From Desulfurococcaceae archaeon (GTDB lineage: Archaea > Thermoproteota > Thermoprotei_A > Sulfolobales > Desulfurococcaceae), in NCBI GenBank assembly GCA_038888155.1, contig JAWAJB010000009.1:1-25608 (forward strand): 25,608 nt of DNA, in the 5' to 3' direction. Below, one piece after another: positions 19,158 to 25,608 of the stretch. A model generated the notes under the pieces. It made no database searches. It was not told where the DNA came from and worked only from the letters and a program-made list of their open reading frames with translations. The position numbers were made by a program, and so were the translations under genes. Positions within the stretch are counted from its first letter, which is position 1; each line of letters starts with the position of its first letter.

Positions 19158-19583
19158 TCACCGCTGTACTTTGTGCGTAAAGGCCTCCGATCCACTTCCT
19201 ATCTCGACTAGGAACACTTCGAGAAGCGGATTTACAACGCCGCTTATCAGGTGACCCACGTATGTTTCCCCCCGTGCACCGAGGGACACATGGATATGTA
19301 AGCCAACAGAACCATCCGGTTTGACAACGTAACTTCCCAGCAACGACCCTACCTCTAGCGATGTTTCCCTCGCCCTGGGCTCTACGATCGAGTAGGACCT
19401 GGTGATCGGGTCTACGAAACTGAGCTTTGCGTATTCCAGTGCCCCAATACCGACGACCAAGCCCTCCTTGAGATTGTGTTCCTTTATGTACTTCTCGAGA
19501 AAATCGTGTACCTGCGCCTTTTCCGGGACTCTTACCGCGTGAACGCCTCGCACCTCTAGCACGGCCAACACCACTAAGTGCAA
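19158..19583 (-). CDS. PPC/DUF296 domain protein
   Basis: GIGAL, EVGSLLG, HIHVSLG, GHL and LEVF motifs. Confidence 0.88.
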   Translation of the reverse strand: MHLVVLAVLEVRGVHAVRVPEKAQVHDFLEKYIKEHNLKEGLVVGIGALEYAKLSFVDPITRSYSIVEPRARETSLEVGSLLGSYVVKPDGSVGLHIHVSLGARGETYVGHLISGVVNPLLEVFLVEIGSGSEAFTHKVQR

Positions 19584-19711
19584 ACATCGCCGAGCCTTAA
19601 TAACTGATAAGCCAAGCCGTACACATGTCTAGACCCAGTTATCAATATAACGCCGGGCCACCTAGTAGTCAGTAGTCGTGTCCGGCGCATCCCAACGTGG
19701 CATGAGCGACC

Positions 19712-21219
19712 ATGGTCTTCGAAAACCCGGTTATCAGAGAAATAGTAGAGAGGACTAGGGTCGTGTGGGCGCTTACACACTCGCTCGCCTTAATGGAGTG
19801 GGATAGCGAGACCTACATGCCCCGCGAAGGTGTCATGGACCACGCGATCGCCAAAGCGGAATTGAGCGTCTTGTTACAACAGATATTGCTAAAGCCCGAG
19901 CTTTCCGGGCTCGTTGAAAAAGCAGAGAAGCTCGAGGGGTTGAACGATCACGAGAAGGGGGTCATCAGGGTCCTTGGGAGGGCTATTAAGGTGGCCAGAG
20001 CTCTTCCCACGTGGCTCGTTGCACAACTAGCCAAGACAACGCATGAGGCGACCCTCGCGTGAAGAGAGGCTAAGGCCAAGGACAACTTCGAGCTATTTAA
20101 GCCATACTTGGAGAGGGTTTTCCAGCTTACGAGGACCAAGGCCGACTACCTCGACTGGGACACACACCCTTACGACGCGCTACTAGACCTATACGAGGAG
20201 GGTTTGAAAACGGAGGACGTTGACAGGATCCTGGGGGCCCTGAGAAGGGAACTGAGGTGGATATTAGAAAAAGTCCTATCGAGTGGGAGGTACCCGCAGG
20301 AACATGAACTCGAGCGAGTGGAATACAATTCAACGGCCATGGATACCCTGTGCAAGGAGATCTTGTGGACTTTAGGATACCCGCTCGGCGAGAGAGGTAG
20401 GCTAGACGTATCGGTACACCCGTTTACGAGGAGCATGGGAATACACGATGTCAGAATAACCACGAGGTATGAAGGAGTAGATTTCAAGAGGGCCCTCTTC
20501 TCGACATTGCACGAGTTCGGGCACGCTCTTCATCATCTGCAAGTAGACCCGGCGCTGGCATATACACCGCTCGAAGAAATTACCAGCCTGGGATTACATG
20601 AGGGGCAGAGCAGGTTCTGGGAAAACATGGTTGGTAGGAGCAGAGAGTACGTGGAATTCGCCTGCCCTCCCTTGAGGAAGCACCTGAGGTTCCTCGAAAG
20701 TTACGATCCCGAAGAGGTCTACCTGACTTTAACACCGTTAAACCCGGCTTGATCAGGGTTGATGCTGATGAGATAACGTATAACCTACACATAGTTCTAA
20801 GAGCGGAGATCGAGAAACTGGTGCTCGCTGGCGAGCTAAAGGTGTCTGAGGTACCAGAGTACTGGAGCAATTACATGGAAGAGTTGCCGGGCGTTAAACC
20901 CAGAAAGCACATCGAGGGAGTACTGCAGGATGTACGCTGGGGCATGGGCGAAATAGGGTACTTCCCCGCATACGCGCTTAGAAACGTTATTGCAGCATCC
21001 ATAAGGCGCGTGATGGAGCGTGAGGTCGGTCTTTTGCGTAGAGTGGCTACTGGTGATTTCGTACCTATACGCGAGTGGTTAAGGGCTAAGATCCACCGTT
21101 ACGGCGCAACATATACCCCGAGGGAAATGCTACGAAAAGCCCTGGGAACTATATACAAGTGGAAACACCCGGTTAAGTACCTAGAGGAAATACCTCGGCT
21201 AAGCCAGGCTACCTGTTAA
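19712..21219 (+). pseudogene. Thermostable carboxypeptidase, M32 family, disrupted
   Basis: WDSETYMP, PYDALLDLYE, HPF, HEFGH, HEGQSRFWEN, IRVDADE and GYFPAY motifs. In-frame TGA at 20060-20062 (A*REAK), 1-nt deletion near 20725, and QDVHW altered to QDVRW. Confidence 0.92.
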
Positions 21220-21244
21220 AGGGGGGAAGAAGGCCGCACGGTCC

Positions 21245-22256
21245 GTGGCCGGCGCTATCAACGGGGCTCTGTCGGCACCAATACCGCTCATGTCGCTGAC
21301 GCCAAGTTACGTAGACTATGTGTGGACTCTAGCAAGGTACGTGCTCATAATACTCGTGACGTTACTCCTAGCCACCGCTCCCACCACTGTGTTCTACACG
21401 GTACTTGGCCCTAGCACGAGGAGTTTTGATGGAAAATCTATTGCGAAGCGGGGTAATACGGGGAACGTGATCGTTGATGTCAAGCTCGGATCGTTGCGTT
21501 GCCGTTTAATTTCTCCGTTGACACATCGACACTACTCTGGGGTTGTCCGGTGCTAGGCCCCTCCCAATAAAAGCTTAAAGAGCATCGAGTCGTTTACTAC
21601 CTCAACTAAGCCGGGTGACGTTTATTGGTGGTAAATTTAGTGGTGGGGCCGAGAGATGTTGTCCCACATCGTAACGCCTTTGAGGCCGCGATGGCTGAGA
21701 GCGCGGCGCTATCTGTCATATGACCACATGCCGAGAGGTTAGGCTGGTCTATGCTCAGCTTCACGAGTAGCGACATAGTGGCATACGCGTCCTCTGGGCG
21801 CTTCCCTAATGGGTTTGACGTGGAGGAATTCCCCAGAAGCAGACTTACTCAGTGTCCCCCACGGTAACTGCGCCCGGACCCGTGGCAATTGGTTTCCCGT
21901 CCTTACACACCCTGATGATCCTCGGAGCAGATGGGGGCGAGGAGAAGTGCGTTTTTGGATTGCGTGGACGGCGATATCCGACTACAACTACATCAAGGGT
22001 GTTAGAGGACATCTTAGTATGCGGAATGTGCCTCCCAAGGGCCATTAACGCCATAAGGTTTTTCTACGTAGACCTATTCGAGAAACTGGGATCAATTGTA
22101 AAAGGCCCTTCAAAGGCGCTGCCGGCAGGGAATTGTGCAGTTGAACACATAGGTTATCTCGAGTCGCCCGGGCGCACGTATGTCGGTTTGCTCGAAAAGG
22201 ATGGAGTAGGGCTCTTGTGCGATGCGAGGAGCGGGTACGTTGCACAAGCGACTTAG
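21245..22256 (+). pseudogene. Fragmented hypothetical membrane-anchored protein
   Basis: N-terminal hydrophobic helix followed by protein-like fragments in changing frames; the last fragment overlaps the next gene's start. No family recognised. Confidence 0.3.
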
Positions 22257-23698
22257 CGTAGGTAGTCTTGCGAGTTTTGCAAGGCGCGCTGCACCTCTGC
22301 TTGTGATTTCGCTGGGGTTAGCGTCAAGAGCGGCGATAGCACCATACACCGCGGAGAGCGATATTCCGCAGTTCGCGGACTTCGCCGACACATTTCTAAG
22401 GCACGGTCTATGCTTTTACAGGTACTCCACTAGTCACCGGCTCGAGGAGTGGCCATATCCCTGGCCCTACCCCTACGGATCGCTCCTCGTGCTAATACTT
22501 GCCCCCCTCAGGTTAGTGGCAAGGCGAGAAGCCAAGTGCTACTGGGAGAGCGGCTCATGCAACATATACACGCCGATGGAGTGGGTGGTCCTTACAAAGA
22601 CCGTGTTCATGCTCTTTGACACGCTAGCCGCCGTTTTCATATACGCACTCCTCAGCAAGCGATCGCGGGGAAGAGCCCTTCTAGCGCTCGCGTTCTACTA
22701 CTTAAATCCAGCGACGATCTACGTGTCATCGATCTACGGCATGTTTGACTCTATACCACTATCGCTACTACTGCTATCCATGATCCAGCTCAGTAAAAGT
22801 CCGAGAAAGTTGGGGTCGCTTGGCGCATTAGTCGCGGGATTTCTGATCACGTTGGCGGCTACAACGAAAATGAATACCCTTTATCCTGCCCTTTTCGTAG
22901 CCCTATGGGCGATTTCGACGCGCGACCTCTTAATTGGCCCTCTTAATTGGCTCGATAATGGGCCTGGTGTTGTCCTACCTCGCTTTTGAGGCGAGTTGCC
23001 CCGGAAGCCTCGCGCAATACGTCAAGTCGGTCCTATTGATGAGTAGGCCAACTTACAACCCCCCTATAGCCTACAGCTTCAATGGACTCACCAGTCTGGC
23101 GACGTACATGAACGAGAAGACAGGTGGTAACTACCTGTGGCTTATTTCAAGTTGGTGGATACTTAGCGCCTCACTTCTCATCGCGTTATTCGCTATCACA
23201 GGAAGGCGCAAACTGGGTCTTTTCGAAATAACGTACCTATCATGCTTACTATATGTTACGACCTACTGGCGTGTGAACTACCAGTATTTCACCCCCCTAA
23301 TTGGTCTGGCCGTGTTACACGTTTTCTCCACGGAAAAACCCATTGACACGAGAAGGCCTCTCTTCCTTATTCACATGGTTCTCATTGCGCTATGGGTGTT
23401 CATGTTCCCCGCAAGCTGGTGGGCGCAAGTCCACCTGGAAACGCTGAATGTCGCGCTGATACGTCTGTTAAACTCAATAACCCTGGGGATTACTCAAGAG
23501 GAGCCTTACCTCGCTCATAGCCTGGCACTCACGGCCCTTGGATACGCTACGCTGGTTCTACACCTATACCCCCCAGGTCCAAGCCTTGACAATGGAAAGC
23601 GGGTGCAAAAAGTGGCGTTCCAGCAAACGGGCCTCCTTGATGGCCGGGGTTCCTTGCATCTAGAAGCCAAACCAAAGATGCGACCCTGTGGTCCCTGA
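22222..23698 (+). pseudogene. GT-C fold polytopic glycosyltransferase-like protein (mannosyltransferase/DUF2029-like), frameshifted by a 13-bp duplication
   Basis: SD after TM1, YPY, K....FD, LNP..IY.SSIYGMFD, K and VNYQY motifs; two overlapping ORFs 22222-22989 and 22934-23698. Confidence 0.75.
22926..22951. repeat. Perfect 13-bp tandem duplication CCTCTTAATTGGC x2
   Basis: Seen directly; removing one copy fuses the two ORFs (RDLLIGSIMGL). Confidence 0.92.
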
Positions 23699-23896
23699 AT
23701 AAGTTCATGGAGACGCACGAGGGTGGGAGTGGACAATAGAGGTTATTGGAGATTTCAAGCAGATTTCAGCCGCCTCGTGAGTCCCAGAGCACGTGAACCG
23801 AAAGCGCCCTTTGACTAGGCCCCTTTCACACTCTTGGGAAACGCACTGGCCTTCTCGACTTGCCCGTTAGCATCCCTCAAGAAACTAATCCGGAGA

Positions 23897-25295
23897 TCAC
23901 GAACACCTAGCTAGGCTAGTAAGGGCTGAAGTCTGCGGAGCAGTCGGTACGGGTTCCTTTCGTACTCCCTTAACCTCCCTAGCGACCAGCGATAGCAACG
24001 CTCCAAGAACGCCGAATAGCGTGTATATAGCTACTGCCAGTCTCATTGAAGCGAGTGTGTCTCCCACGGCATTCATTATCGAGGTGTTTATTGAAGTGCC
24101 CAGAGCCTGGCCCAAGAACCTCATAGTGGCCAGGAATGCCGTAGCGGAGCCATACGTCTCCATTGAGGACATATTTATAATAGCCGTGATATTCGGCGAC
24201 GCGAAAAAAGGCGAATCCAGCGCCCAGAACCGCTAGCACGGCCAACAGATTCACCAGCGGTGATACTGGGGTAACTAGGAGCAAGCTACATATGCCGGTC
24301 GCTATGACGAACATGCCCATAGATGCTACCACAGATGGATCTCGGCGATCTGCCAGGTACCCGGCTAGGGGCGATAGCGCTGCTTGTACTACTGGTTGTA
24401 CAGCAAGCACTAATCCCGCATCTGCCGGCTGTAGCCCGCGAACCCTCTGAAGGTACATGCTCAGTATTATCGCGAGAGCGTAGGTAGCACTGTAATTAAA
24501 TAACGCGGAGAGGTTGGCCGCCACGGGCCTCTTACTTAGTATTTCTCGGCTGAGTAGCTTGGGGTTCCGCCTCTCGTCAACAAGGTTAAACGCGAATAGC
24601 GCCGTTCCCAGCGAGGCCAACAGGAGCCCTAGTGCCGTGTTAATGCTCGATGTTCCGTACACCATTAACGCCACGGAGAGGGACGTTAGTATTAGTTTAA
24701 CGACGTGGGGTCTCGGGGCAGTCCCGCGCCCTAACTTGGCCATGGGTAGTGCGACTGCTAGGGCTACCGTGACTATCAACGCCTTTAAAAGGAAGAGGCC
24801 GCGCCAACCGAATTTTTCGATGACGTACCCACCTAACAGCGGCCCCAGGCTCAGGCCTATATACACGCTCATGGCATTAACACCTATGCCCAGGCCCCTT
24901 CTCCCCCTTGGGAGAGCGTCAACCAGTGCCGGGATCGCTGTACTTGAAATCATCGAGGCAGAGATGCCTTGGATAAACCTACATAGGAGTAAACCCCCGT
25001 AGTCATGGGCGAGAGGGGTGACAGACAGGGAGACTGCCATTAGCGTGATGCCGGCTAAGAAGATCCTCCCCCTTCCGATCCAATCGCTAACGCGCCTTAC
25101 GACGAGTACCGAGGAAGAGAGGGCCATAAGGAAGGCGTTTACAACCCAATTAACTTCACCCAAGTTCACCCCAAACTCTTCCGAGAGGAGAGGTAACGCT
25201 AGAGCTATCGAGGACGTAGTGAACGGCGTTAAAAAAGATGCGGAGGCCGTCGACATCAAAACGATACCGTAGCGTCGGGTCTTAACAGACTCCAC
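23897..25295 (-). pseudogene. MFS drug:H+ antiporter (DHA2, EmrB/QacA-like) with a single homopolymer frameshift
   Basis: ALP, WVVNAF, SDWIGR, RFIQG, GPLLGG, WRGLF and AGYLADR motifs. An extra T in the T6 run (A 24204-24209) breaks FFASPN; the C-terminus (ATMRFLGQALG) is in the 23897-24172 frame. Confidence 0.85.
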
Positions 25296-25608
25296 GGCCT
25301 CGACCCCTTTTTACTAAGGTTGAGATACGTCTATGCTCTCCGCGAGCCGTCGGTTTGTCCATACCAGCTACACCCCTGAGGTCTTCTAAACTCTCTGATT
25401 GTGAACTATCCACGTTAAAAAGGAGATAAGCATGGAAAGGGCTTTGACTTTCGCGGTACGAATGTGGCCGTGTCGAGGTCGCACCGCTCCCAGCTTATAA
25501 GCTTTATTGTAACCTCATATCTCACAAGACCGCGTAAACTCGTAATACGTGTAGTCCTAAGTTCGTAGATGAAAAGATTTATAAACTTTGGGCGTATTCA
25601 CCTATAGC

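Noticed and set aside
20060-20062. TGA/TAG recoding (alternative genetic code, Sec or Pyl) at in-frame stops
   Set aside because: Both TGA and TAG occur at these sites, both also terminate intact genes here, and the affected genes carry additional frameshifts.
1-25608. tRNA, rRNA, transposase or integrase genes
   Set aside because: No cloverleaf, rRNA-like segment, DDE or tyrosine recombinase motif, or terminal inverted repeat was recognised by eye; short MITEs could have been missed.

Overview
Archaeal-looking genomic window, probably from a hyperthermophilic Thermoprotei-like organism (inferred from gene families, GTG/TTG starts and TATA-like boxes). Intact genes are mostly cofactor or redox related: a tungsten-type aldehyde:ferredoxin oxidoreductase with a MoaD/ThiS partner, a nitroreductase, and a compact LipS1-LipS2 / LplA-LplB lipoylation cluster. 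A tRNA-binding OB-fold protein, a PPC/DUF296 protein, an HEXXH protein and a retropepsin-like protein also look intact. Around them lie at least 11 broken genes: cytosine permease, two MFS transporters, TauE, DUF998, DUF973, DapA-like, M32 and M28 peptidases, a GT-C glycosyltransferase and a nitroreductase remnant, plus weaker remnants. The lesions are homopolymer indels, perfect 10-13 bp tandem duplications, probable Trp-to-stop changes and deletions. I found no rRNA, tRNA, CRISPR array or recognisable transposase. No clearly novel system is demonstrable. The best leads are the selective gene decay, the MoaD with a capped Gly-Gly, the acceptor-less lipoylation cluster and the Asn-substituted retropepsin with an upstream repeat.
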